Shown: positions 1 to 8,475, numbered from the stretch's first letter. The stretch: 13,700 nucleotides of DNA from a bacterium (GCA_046757525.1 JBHHYI010000110.1:1-13700), one strand, 5' to 3'. Notes: generated by a model from the sequence alone, not told the origin. Numbers and translations are program-made.

Positions 1-2
1 AG

Positions 3-203
3 GGCGAAGCCATCGGTGAATGGGCACTGTTCGACGATCAGCCGCGCCTGGTTACTGCAACGGCCCTGGAGGAAACCCAGTTGTTAAAGGTGACCCGGGA
101 CGATTTTTACGATCTGCTCTCCGATCACGAACGCATCACCGAATCCCTGCTTAAAGCCCTGGCGAACCGCCTGCGGGCTTTGGTACCTTCAAAGAAACGC
201 TGA
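3..203 (+). CDS. C-terminal part of a cyclic-nucleotide-binding (cNMP/CAP_ED) domain protein, truncated by the window start
   Basis: Not in the ORF track. My translation from position 3 is GEAIGEWALFDDQPRLVTATALEETQLLKVTRDDFYDLLSDHERITESLLKALANRLRALVPSKKR*, which matches the GE-x-AL-x4-PR-x2-TA phosphate-binding cassette and the following hinge/C-helix. Stop TGA at 201-203. Confidence 0.85.
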   Translation, partial: GEAIGEWALFDDQPRLVTATALEETQLLKVTRDDFYDLLSDHERITESLLKALANRLRALVPSKKR

Positions 204-211
204 CCCGCTTC

Positions 212-881
212 GTACCGCAAACGTTTCGTTTGCGTAGCCCATTCTCCCTTTGAAGGGAGACAGATTTTCGCTCGCCCAGAGCGAAAATCAGAGGGATGTC
301 TGGCCGACAGCACCTTGGCTTGGGTTTTCAGGACGCCTCCTAAAATCCTCCTGGCTTTTTCGGTGACACTTCAAAAACCGGCCCCCTTTCAAAAAGGGGG
401 ATTCTTTGCAAGCACCGGAAGTTTTGCCAGGACCAGCCCAAACAGTCGACATGCAGCGTGATCAACGGCGTCCAGTGGTCTTAGTGAGCAACGATAAATC
501 TGGTAGTCGGCTGTCGCAAAACTCCCAACCCCCCTGTCATTTCGAGTCAGGCCGTGGCCTGACGAGAAATCTTACGACCACCGAACGCTCTTAATTCCCT
601 GTTATTTTTGGGGAATACTAGAACATTAGTGTCGCCATCAGATTCTTCATCCGGCGTTCGCCGGATTCGGAATGACTGTTGTCGTCAGAACCAACCATGG
701 TAGTCGTCCTGAGTAGTCCCGGCCGTCTTTTGGGTCGGGACGTATCGAGGAGCGACGGTCCGTCACCCCTCGATACGGTCACCTGAACAGCGGTGACCTA
801 CTCAGGATGACTCGCAATTTGGTCTTTTGGGAAACGCTTTGTAGAACGTAACGCAATCGTCTCAATTGCAAAAGCGTTTCC
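212..881. repeat. Mosaic array A of palindromic REP-like elements
   Basis: Hairpins: cgcaaacg/cgtttgcg (216-234), tctccctt/aagggaga (243-260), gattttcgctc/gagcgaaaatc (263-289), cccccttt/aaaggggg (382-400). Also a TGTCATTTCGAG...TCGGAATGAC element (535-676), an AGTCGTCCTGAGTAG...CTACTCAGGATGACT element (702-812) and a ggaaacgcttt/aaagcgtttcc inverted pair (830-881). Alignable by eye with 3233-3655. Confidence 0.9.
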
Positions 882-987
882 GACCGTTAGTGCAACAAAT
901 GTTGTTGTGAAAGCTTCATGAAACCCTCACCGTCTGGCCGAAGCGATGAATAGAGCTTAGAATTTCAGTCCCGAATGTTCTAAGTCC

Positions 988-1016
988 TTGCTATCTCTAA
1001 CGGAAATTGTTATATT
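988..1016 (+). promoter_or_regulatory. Putative sigma-70 promoter for the response regulator/kinase pair
   Basis: TTGCTA (988-993), 17-bp spacer, TATATT (1011-1016), with an extended -10 TG at 1008-1009. Confidence 0.6.
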
Positions 1017-1160
1017 CAAGGTGGTCAGTGGTAAAGAATGAGAGTGTTGCGCGGTCGTTGCTGGCAAATTCAAACGCCCCTTGGTCAATTTTCGGCCGAC
1101 AGGCGAATTTGCATGACACACCACGCGGGGGCAACGTAAATGTGCACGCAAGGAGAATCT

Positions 1161-1652
1161 ATGTCAGAAAAATCAAATGAGGAATACCACAAACGAATCC
1201 TCATCGTGGACGATGAGGAAATGGTATTGACCAGTTTAAGCTCTTTTCTGGCTCTGGAAACCGAATATGAAGTGAAGACTTTTACCACAGCCAAAGAGGC
1301 CCTCGATTACATCAGCAAGAACCCGGTCGATCTGGTGATTTCCGATTACTTGATGTCAGAAATGGATGGCATCAGCTTCCTTGCCCGCGTCAAGGAGATT
1401 AACCCCAATGCTCCCAGGATTCTGTTGACCGGGTATGCGGACAAAGAGAATGCCATCAAAGCCATCAACGATGTGGGGCTGTACCAATATATCGAGAAAC
1501 CGTGGGACAACGATGACCTCAAGATCATCATCCGCAACGGACTGGAAAAACAGCGACTGCTCCACGAACTGCAAAACAAAATTGATGAGATCCAAAAAGC
1601 TTACGGCGACTTGCATAAATTGCATCGAGATATTTTGAAAGCGTTTGCGTAA
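1161..1652 (+). CDS. Response regulator: receiver domain plus short C-terminal coiled coil, no output domain
   Basis: ILIVDDE acidic pocket, phosphoacceptor Asp in VISDYLM, LLTGY and EKPW motifs. AGGAG at 1151-1155 favours ATG 1161 over 1140. Confidence 0.93.
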   Translation: MSEKSNEEYHKRILIVDDEEMVLTSLSSFLALETEYEVKTFTTAKEALDYISKNPVDLVISDYLMSEMDGISFLARVKEINPNAPRILLTGYADKENAIKAINDVGLYQYIEKPWDNDDLKIIIRNGLEKQRLLHELQNKIDEIQKAYGDLHKLHRDILKAFA

Positions 1653-1701
1653 GCCAAAAGAACTTCCGGATTCCGCTTGGCACGCCACAAAGGCCCAATA
1701 A

Positions 1702-3057
1702 ATGGACGCGACGAGTAACATTACACATGCCCAGCTCCTCACCTTGCATGAGGTGAGCAGCAAGATCAATTCGGAGCTCAATCTCCGCAAGCTCCTCGAC
1801 GAAATCATGGACCTGGCCATTGAATTGCTGCACGCTGAGAAGGGGTTGATTCTCTTCAAAGATGAAGCTACCGAGGAATTGACGGTGCAAACAGCTCGCT
1901 CCATGGACAAGCGCTCCATCCAGGAAGTGGTGGCGTTGAGCCGCTCGATCATTAGAAAAGTGGAGAAAGAAGGCAAAGCCGTGCTGTTGCAAAATGTTCC
2001 TAATAGCCAGGGCGCCGCGGCCAGCAAGAGCATGCTTCGCTTCAACCTGATGTCGGTGATTTGTGTTCCTTTACAGTCGAAAAGCCAACTCATCGGCACT
2101 ATTTACCTGGACACGACCAATCCCAAAAGATTCTTCAAGCAGGAAGATCTTTTTTTTCTCGAGGCTTTTGCCAATCTGGCGTGCATCGCCATAGAGAACG
2201 CCAAAAGCTACCAGAAAATCGAGGAACTGAATGCGAGCCTGGAAACCCAGGTGGAGAACCGCACCCGCGAGCTGCGCGCCAAGAACGTGGCACTCGAAAA
2301 AACCAACAAGGAACTCAAGGACGCACAACTGCAGTTGATCCGGTCGGAGAAAATGGCATCTCTGGGCCAGCTCGTTGCCGGCGTTGCCCATGAGATCAAT
2401 ACGCCGTTAGGCTCTATAACCAGCAATACCCATACTTTCTTGAAAGGACTGGACAAGCTGCGTTTGGGGCTAAGAGGCGTCAAGTGCCCCGCTGAAATCA
2501 AAGAGAGCGTAAAGTTGCTGCAAGAACTCTCCAAAGTCACCAGGACTGCCAGCGAGCGCATTACCCGGATCGTGCGGACCCTGAGAAACTTTGCCCGCCT
2601 GGACGAGGAGGAGTACAAGATTGTAGATATTCACGAAGGCATCGACAGCACGCTCTCTTTGCTCGGCCACCTGTGCCACAGCCGAGTGGAGATCGTCAAA
2701 GATTACGGGAGCCTGCCACTGTTGCGCTGCTACGCCAGTCAGCTCAACCAGGTGTTCATGAATCTGCTGGTCAATGCCATTCAGGCCATCGACGGCAAGG
2801 GTCAGGTGAAAATTCGCACCTTTCACGATGAGGAGAATATTTATGTCGAGATCAGCGACACCGGACAAGGCATCCCGCCGAAAAATCTACACAAAATCTT
2901 CGACCCGGGGTTTACCACCAAAGGCGTGGGCGTCGGCACCGGCCTGGGCCTCTCAATTACCTACAAAATCGTCGAAGCGCACCAGGGGCGAATCGATGTG
3001 CGAAGTGAGGTGGGCAAAGGCACGACCTTTACAGTGTGTTTGCCGTTTCGAAAATAG
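1702..3057 (+). CDS. Soluble sensor histidine kinase (GAF, coiled coil, HisKA, HATPase_c)
   Basis: GAF motifs SVICVPL...IGTIYLD...F...DL..LEAFAN; H-box EKMASLGQLVAGVAHEINTPL; N-box LNQVFMNLLVNAIQA; G1 DTGQGI; F-box IFDPGFTTK; G2 GTGLGL. No hydrophobic TM stretch. Confidence 0.95.
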   Translation: MDATSNITHAQLLTLHEVSSKINSELNLRKLLDEIMDLAIELLHAEKGLILFKDEATEELTVQTARSMDKRSIQEVVALSRSIIRKVEKEGKAVLLQNVPNSQGAAASKSMLRFNLMSVICVPLQSKSQLIGTIYLDTTNPKRFFKQEDLFFLEAFANLACIAIENAKSYQKIEELNASLETQVENRTRELRAKNVALEKTNKELKDAQLQLIRSEKMASLGQLVAGVAHEINTPLGSITSNTHTFLKGLDKLRLGLRGVKCPAEIKESVKLLQELSKVTRTASERITRIVRTLRNFARLDEEEYKIVDIHEGIDSTLSLLGHLCHSRVEIVKDYGSLPLLRCYASQLNQVFMNLLVNAIQAIDGKGQVKIRTFHDEENIYVEISDTGQGIPPKNLHKIFDPGFTTKGVGVGTGLGLSITYKIVEAHQGRIDVRSEVGKGTTFTVCLPFRK

Positions 3058-3232
3058 GGATGATCACAGAGTGGAACACGGCGCCGCAACCAAATTCGTC
3101 TAAGTTTTGGTGACGTCGGCGTCATTCGCTGGAAATACTTCTTGGTTGACCTTGAGCACTGAAAAAAATCTTCCTCAAAAAGTACAGAGATTGATAAGAC
3201 AAAATCATTTAAAGCATTATTTTGTCTACTTA

Positions 3233-3702
3233 GGAAACGCTCTGTTGTACGTAACGCAATCGTCTCGACTGCGTAGCCCATTCTCCCTTTGAAGGGAGAC
3301 AGATTTTCGCTCGTCCAGTGCGATAATCAGACGGATGTCTTGCCCTCGGCTGTTGCAAAAAGTTCTAACCGCTTTGTCATTTCGAGGCAGGCCATGGCAT
3401 GACGAGAAATCTTGAAGACCCCTAAACGTGTTTAATCCTTTGTTATTTGTTTGGAGAAGAAGAACGTTAGTAGCGCCATCAGATTCCTCATCCGGCGTTC
3501 GCGGGATTCGGAATGCCGGCTGTCGTCAGAACCAACCATGGTAGTCGTCCTGAGTAGTCCCGACCGCTTTTTGGTCGGGACATATCGAAGGGCTACGCCC
3601 GTCACCCCTCGATACGGTCACCTGAACAGCGGTGACCTACTCGGGATGACTCGCACAGTGCTTTCAGGAACCGCCTGGTTGTCGCCGTCTTTTATCACAG
3701 CC
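3233..3702. repeat. Mosaic array B, a diverged direct-repeat copy of array A
   Basis: 3270-3344 aligns with 231-305; 3346-3655 aligns with 507-816; 3233-3272 resembles 830-869. Confidence 0.9.
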
Positions 3703-3707
3703 TCCAA

Positions 3708-3778
3708 TGTCATTCAGTAGGAATCTCGTTAACTGGCGGCACAGTGCACACCTGTAACAAGATGCCTCCTGCATGACA
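3708..3778. repeat. Short TGTCAT...ATCT / AGAT...ATGACA inverted-repeat element
   Basis: tgtcattcagtaggaatct (3708-3726) matches the reverse complement of agatgcctcctgcatgaca (3760-3778) at 16 of 19 positions. Confidence 0.75.
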
Positions 3779-3889
3779 GGGCTTGCCTTTGGCGTTTCCG
3801 ACATTTAAAGCAATCCGGTTGCACCGGATTGTGGGGGCTTTTAGGGTTCCAGCTTTTCCCAATAGGCGTCAACCTAAGCCCAAGCTCTG

Positions 3890-4008
3890 GTCCACAAACT
3901 GGAGTTTGTGGACACACTTGCTCGAGAAGTTCCGCTTCGAGGAGTCCGGGATGCCTATCGAAGCGAAGCTTCTCGACCAATTGCGTTCTAGAATAAAATT
4001 TTGGAACG
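3890..4008. repeat. Three-hairpin REP-doublet-like element
   Basis: gtccacaaact-gg-agtttgtggac (3890-3913); 23-bp inverted repeat 3918-3940/3958-3980 with 3 mismatches; cgttctagaa/ttttggaacg (3984-4008). Confidence 0.8.
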
Positions 4009-4196
4009 AACTGAACTTTCACAATGTTGGCGGTTTGTAGTACGAATGACGCGGACTGAGCAGATTCACGCGGACGCTTTCGTTTGACACACTCGCATTT
4101 CTCCACACTTCAAAATCGTGGTTCATGGCGAGTTTTGCGGTCCAGATTCTGCGGTTCGTTTGCCGGTTACCCTGCCGCGCAGCGTTGTACCTCGTC

Positions 4197-7100
4197 CTAC
4201 CCCTCCTGCCTCTTATCGAACGCCTCTTTGGTCATTATTCTTATGGGTTCCAGCTTCTTCCCTTTGAGTTTCGCGTTGAGGCTTTGCAATTTTTTCGCAA
4301 CAATGGACTTAAAGGAGGCTTGAGATTTTTCGATCTCACGATCCAGAATTGCCATCCTTTGAAGTTGCGATTGGGTCGGTCGTCCGCCGTAGTTGCTGAC
4401 CGCGCCGTACAAATCCACGACTTTTTCCCGCAACTGCTCCTCCCCGGTGAGCCAGCCGCCTTTCTTGGTCGCTACCAGGGTTTTGTGCAGTTTGTCGAGT
4501 TGGTCCGAAAACGCAGTCAAGCTCCTGGCCAGCTTGTCCTTTTTCTTCAGTTGGCCCTTGCGCGCATCCGCCTGCTCCATGGCGTCGGTGATCGCTTCAG
4601 CCGTAAAGGCCAGCGCCTCTTGCATGCGGTAGAGTTTCAGGACCGTTTGCTGCTGCAGCTTGCGATCCTCGGATGAATGGGGTGAAGTCGGGTCTGCAAC
4701 CACTTTGATCTCCCCGTTGTAGGAATTCTTGCCCTTGAGCAACTTGAACGTGTAAGTGCCTTCGGGTACCATGGGGCCAAACAATCCCCGCGGCGCTAAA
4801 GTCGGGGCTGGCGGCACTTTCGGTGGCTTCAGGCGCATGAACCACCGCACCCGATTGATGCCACGCCGTTTCCCGCCCGGCAGGGTCTTGATTAACTTAC
4901 CGTCCGGATCGTAAACTTCAATTTTCAAATCTCCAAACACATGCCGTTTCTTGAGGTAATAGGTGATGGTGGCTACCTCCGCCGGATTCCGGCCCACAAA
5001 GTCGCCATTGCCGGGGAATTGCTGTTTACCCACCGGGATTTTCACCGGAATGGGACGCAGATCAAACACGTGCACGTCTGAGGCCAGAACTTCCTGGGTG
5101 ATTTGCCGCAGCGGTGTGATGTCATCGATGATGAAGATGCCGCGACCGTGGGTGGCCAGGATCACATCGGACTCCCGCGGGTGAATGGCAATCTCCCGCA
5201 CCGACACTTTCGGCAATTTTCCGGTAAACCGGGCCCATTGCGCACCCCCGTCCAGGGAGACGTACAGTCCAAACTCCGTGCCCAAGAACAACAGGTTAGA
5301 GTTCACCAGGTCTTCACGAATCACGTGGGCATAGCCTTTGATGTCTCCGGTGGCAATAGCCTGCCAGGTTTTGCCCAAGTCGATGGTTTTGTAGACGTAC
5401 ACTTTCTTGTCCCCGGTGCGATGGCCGTCGAAGGTCGCGTAGGCCGTGGCACGGTCGTAGTGGCTGGCTTCAATGGTGCTGCACCAGGTGTTCCCGGGCA
5501 GTCCCGCAATATTGCCCACCACGTTGCGCCACGATTTGCCGCCATCGGTGGTCACTTGCACATTGCCGTCGTCGGTGCCCACCCAAATGACCTGCTCGTC
5601 TAACGGCGACTCGCTGATCGTGAAGATGGTGCAGTGATTTTCGGCTGTGGAGTTGTCGATGGACAGGCCGCCGGACTCTTCCTGCCGCTGCTTTTTGGGA
5701 TCGTTGGTAGTGAGGTCGTCCGAAATGCGCTGCCACGATTCCCCTTTGTCCACGGTGCGAAACAGAAACTGTGCGCCGATGTACATTCGTTTCGGATTGT
5801 TCGGACTGATAGCCATGGGCGTGTTCCAGTTGAAGCGATATTTTGGCTCCCCCTCGTTGGGAAAAGGTTTAATTTCTTTGGTTTCTCCAGTGGATTTGTG
5901 GTAGCGCAAAATGTTGCCGCCCTGGTATTCACAGTAAATAATGTCCTGATCGTCCGGGTCCGGAAAGGTGTGGAAGCCATCGCCGCCGCCCACGTTGAGC
6001 CAGTCTGCGTTCTCGATGCCGTTGGGGCTTTGCGACGGCCCGACCCAGGAACCGTTGTCCTGCAAGCCCCCGTAAACATGGTAGGGCTCGGCCATGTCGT
6101 AGCTGACGTGATAAAATTGCGACACCGGCAGATTGTTCAAGAAACGCCAGGTATTGCCTTTGTCGTAGGAAACGTAAATGCCGCCATCGGTGCCCAACAG
6201 CAGATGGAACGTGTTGTTGGGGTCGATCCACAGCGCGTGGTTATCAGAATGCACAGCACCCCCGAAACCACCGCTAAACGGCGAGGTAAACGATTGCCCG
6301 CCATCGCTGCTGATGCCTAAAGAGAGTCCGGGTTTGTACAGCCGCTTGTAGTCTTTGGGGTCCACCACGACCTGGGCAAAATAAAACGGGCGTACAGCCA
6401 CGTTGAAAGATGAATCCAATTTTTTCCAACTTTCGCCCAAATCGGCCGATCGATACAGAGCGTTTTTCTTGGCCTCGACCACCGCGTAGACGATGCTCGG
6501 TCGCGAAGGCGCCACGGCGATGCCGATTCTGCCCAGCTCTCCCCTGGGGAGACCCCTGCTCAGTTTCTCCCACGTTTTACCACCGTCGGTGCTTTTGTAG
6601 AGGCCGCTGCCTGGCCCTCCAGAGGTGAAAAAATAAGGAAGGCGTCGCACTTGCCACATGGCGGCGTAGAGAATGTTCGGTTCCTGGGGGTCCATCGCAA
6701 GATCGGCGCAGCCGGTGTTTCCATCCACAAAGAGAATCCTCTCCCACTTCTTGCCACCGTCTGTGGTTTTGTAAACGCCCCGCTCTTCGTTGGCATTCCA
6801 GAGATGTCCCAGGGCCGCCACGTAGACGATTTCAGAATTGCGCGGGTGCACCAGGATGCGGCTGATGTGTTCGGAATCCTCCAATCCCATGTGTTTCCAG
6901 TTCTCGCCGCCGTCTGTGGTTTTGAAAATGCCCGTGCCCACCGAAACGCTGTTGCGCACCCAGCTTTCACCTGTGCCTACCCAAACCGTGTCCGGATGCG
7001 ACTGATCGATGGCTATCGCCCCGATGGACTGCGTGTATTTGTCGAAAACGGGCTTAAAAGTGGTTCCCCCGGTGGTGGATTTCCAGACCCCACCGCCGGC

Positions 7101-7310
7101 AGAACCCACGTAGATGATGCGGGAATCGCGATTGACGGCCGTCAGCGCAGCGATGCGCCCGCCCATGACCGCCGGCCCAATAGCCCGCGCTTCAATCGCT
7201 CCAAACGTGTTAGAATCGATCTTGATCTGATCGTTGGGAGTGTTTCCAGCAAACAAAACACCGCAGCTCATCAAGCCGTAAAGCATACTTTGGAGAATAA
7301 ACTTTTTCAT
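4197..7310 (-). CDS. Secreted VPS10/sortilin-like BNR (Asp-box) beta-propeller protein, usually annotated as a glycosyl hydrolase
   Basis: Signal peptide MKKFILQSMLYGLMSCGVLFA; family motif RAIGPAVMGGRI; many S/T-x-D-G-G-x-T/S-W Asp boxes; YGGLQDNGSW, GGGDGF, RFNWNTP and ATHGRG motifs; helical C-terminal tail. GAGGA upstream of ATG 7310 favours that start over 7325. Confidence 0.92.
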   Translation of the reverse strand: MKKFILQSMLYGLMSCGVLFAGNTPNDQIKIDSNTFGAIEARAIGPAVMGGRIAALTAVNRDSRIIYVGSAGGGVWKSTTGGTTFKPVFDKYTQSIGAIAIDQSHPDTVWVGTGESWVRNSVSVGTGIFKTTDGGENWKHMGLEDSEHISRILVHPRNSEIVYVAALGHLWNANEERGVYKTTDGGKKWERILFVDGNTGCADLAMDPQEPNILYAAMWQVRRLPYFFTSGGPGSGLYKSTDGGKTWEKLSRGLPRGELGRIGIAVAPSRPSIVYAVVEAKKNALYRSADLGESWKKLDSSFNVAVRPFYFAQVVVDPKDYKRLYKPGLSLGISSDGGQSFTSPFSGGFGGAVHSDNHALWIDPNNTFHLLLGTDGGIYVSYDKGNTWRFLNNLPVSQFYHVSYDMAEPYHVYGGLQDNGSWVGPSQSPNGIENADWLNVGGGDGFHTFPDPDDQDIIYCEYQGGNILRYHKSTGETKEIKPFPNEGEPKYRFNWNTPMAISPNNPKRMYIGAQFLFRTVDKGESWQRISDDLTTNDPKKQRQEESGGLSIDNSTAENHCTIFTISESPLDEQVIWVGTDDGNVQVTTDGGKSWRNVVGNIAGLPGNTWCSTIEASHYDRATAYATFDGHRTGDKKVYVYKTIDLGKTWQAIATGDIKGYAHVIREDLVNSNLLFLGTEFGLYVSLDGGAQWARFTGKLPKVSVREIAIHPRESDVILATHGRGIFIIDDITPLRQITQEVLASDVHVFDLRPIPVKIPVGKQQFPGNGDFVGRNPAEVATITYYLKKRHVFGDLKIEVYDPDGKLIKTLPGGKRRGINRVRWFMRLKPPKVPPAPTLAPRGLFGPMVPEGTYTFKLLKGKNSYNGEIKVVADPTSPHSSEDRKLQQQTVLKLYRMQEALAFTAEAITDAMEQADARKGQLKKKDKLARSLTAFSDQLDKLHKTLVATKKGGWLTGEEQLREKVVDLYGAVSNYGGRPTQSQLQRMAILDREIEKSQASFKSIVAKKLQSLNAKLKGKKLEPIRIMTKEAFDKRQEG

Positions 7311-7480
7311 GGTAAGTTTCCTCATTGGGTGTTGCGTATTGTCACAAGTTTTCGCTCGGATATGGCATTAACGATGTCCACCCTGCCTGGTATGAACCCG
7401 TGTTCCGGGCGACCATGCTAACGACGGGATTCTCTTCCTGGCTTTTTCCCTCCTTCGTTTTGACCGCCGAACCGCCACCC

Positions 7481-7547
7481 TGGAGTGCTGAAGCCTTGCT
7501 TCAGCCTTGCAAAAGTTCCAAAGCGCAAGCAGGGCTTGCGCACTCCA
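7481..7547. repeat. Inverted REP doublet (TGGAGT-tagged hairpins)
   Basis: tggagt-gctgaagc-ctt-gcttcagc (7481-7505) and the inverted partner gcgcaagc-agg-gcttgcgc-actcca (7523-7547). Both 8-bp stems are perfect. Confidence 0.8.
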
Positions 7548-7651
7548 AAGCCGACTCTGCTTACCAGGCATTGGTTGTTTTAGCTTCTAAAAAAGAATGC
7601 AAGCTGTTTTCAAGAAACTGTTGGTGTCCCGGCTTCCTCCAACGAATATTC

Positions 7652-8404
7652 TTACTTCTGCGTCGATTCCTCTTTTTTTGCAACCTCCGGCATTTTGAAC
7701 AGAGAATCATCCACGTCCACATTCAACGCGATCTCTTTGACAGTGATTTGATTCACCGTCTGATCTCCGATTTTCGACTCTATTGAATGCGGCAGCATCA
7801 GGCCGTCAACATCTTTGTAATCCCCAAAATAGGTCGCCACCTCAATTTCAGCCCCCTGACGCTTGGTCTTGGTGATTTGTTTCAGCTCGATGAAATATTC
7901 GCTGTCCAGGTACACATATTCCACATCGCCATTCTTGAGCGTTAGTTTCAGTTTGTAGACGTCGGTGCCTTCCATGTCCTCCTTGCCCAGCAGCTCCACC
8001 TTGTAGCCTTTTTCTTTGTAATCGACCAAATGCCCATCGATGTCGGCTTGCTTGATAAACTCTTTAGCCTGCTCCTCGGGCATTTTTTGCGGATCCGGAT
8101 TGCCCATAAAAGGAAAAATCCACCAGGCGGTTTGGCCGTCGTAAGCTTGCACCATGGTCTGTCCCTGCATGATTGCTTCGATGCGCATTTTGTTTGGCCG
8201 TTCTGTAATGACAGTGGTTGGCATTTCCATGCCTTGCACCATGACCGTGCCAGTGAATTTCATGGTTTTGACGGCTTTAATCTTGTCATAGCCCCCGCGA
8301 GCTTCTATATTCCTTTGCACCAGTTCATCGACGGTCTGCGCGCTAAGTTGTAAACAGAAAAGCAGGCTCAAGGCAAAACTCAAACACAGAGAATTCTTTC
8401 GCAT
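7652..8404 (-). CDS. Exported LolA-like (outer membrane lipoprotein-sorting family) protein
   Basis: Signal peptide ending LSA-Q; QTVDELVQRNIEARGG, YDGQTAW, DYKDVDGLMLPHSI and NVDVDDSLFKMP are typical of this family. GAGGAGG RBS on the minus strand at 8412-8418. Confidence 0.8.
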   Translation of the reverse strand: MRKNSLCLSFALSLLFCLQLSAQTVDELVQRNIEARGGYDKIKAVKTMKFTGTVMVQGMEMPTTVITERPNKMRIEAIMQGQTMVQAYDGQTAWWIFPFMGNPDPQKMPEEQAKEFIKQADIDGHLVDYKEKGYKVELLGKEDMEGTDVYKLKLTLKNGDVEYVYLDSEYFIELKQITKTKRQGAEIEVATYFGDYKDVDGLMLPHSIESKIGDQTVNQITVKEIALNVDVDDSLFKMPEVAKKEESTQK

Positions 8405-8475
8405 CAGATTTCCTCCTCGGTCAAGAATTGAGAAAAGTTAGTTTGAAGTGAATTAAGGTAGTTTTAACAACGAAA

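Noticed and set aside
212..4008. CRISPR array interpretation of the intergenic repeats
   Set aside because: No constant-length repeat with regular unique spacers and no cas genes; the repeats are nested inverted elements.
3451..4323. ORFs 3451-3720, 3729-4106, 3783-4040 and 4084-4323 (also 125-313 and 3107-3292)
   Set aside because: They run through palindromic repeats or overlap real genes, with no RBS or recognisable motif.
4125..7786. Numerous + strand and alternate-frame ORFs over the VPS10 gene
   Set aside because: Shadow ORFs of a long GC-rich coding sequence; the same applies to those over the kinase, Rieske, activator and hypothetical genes.
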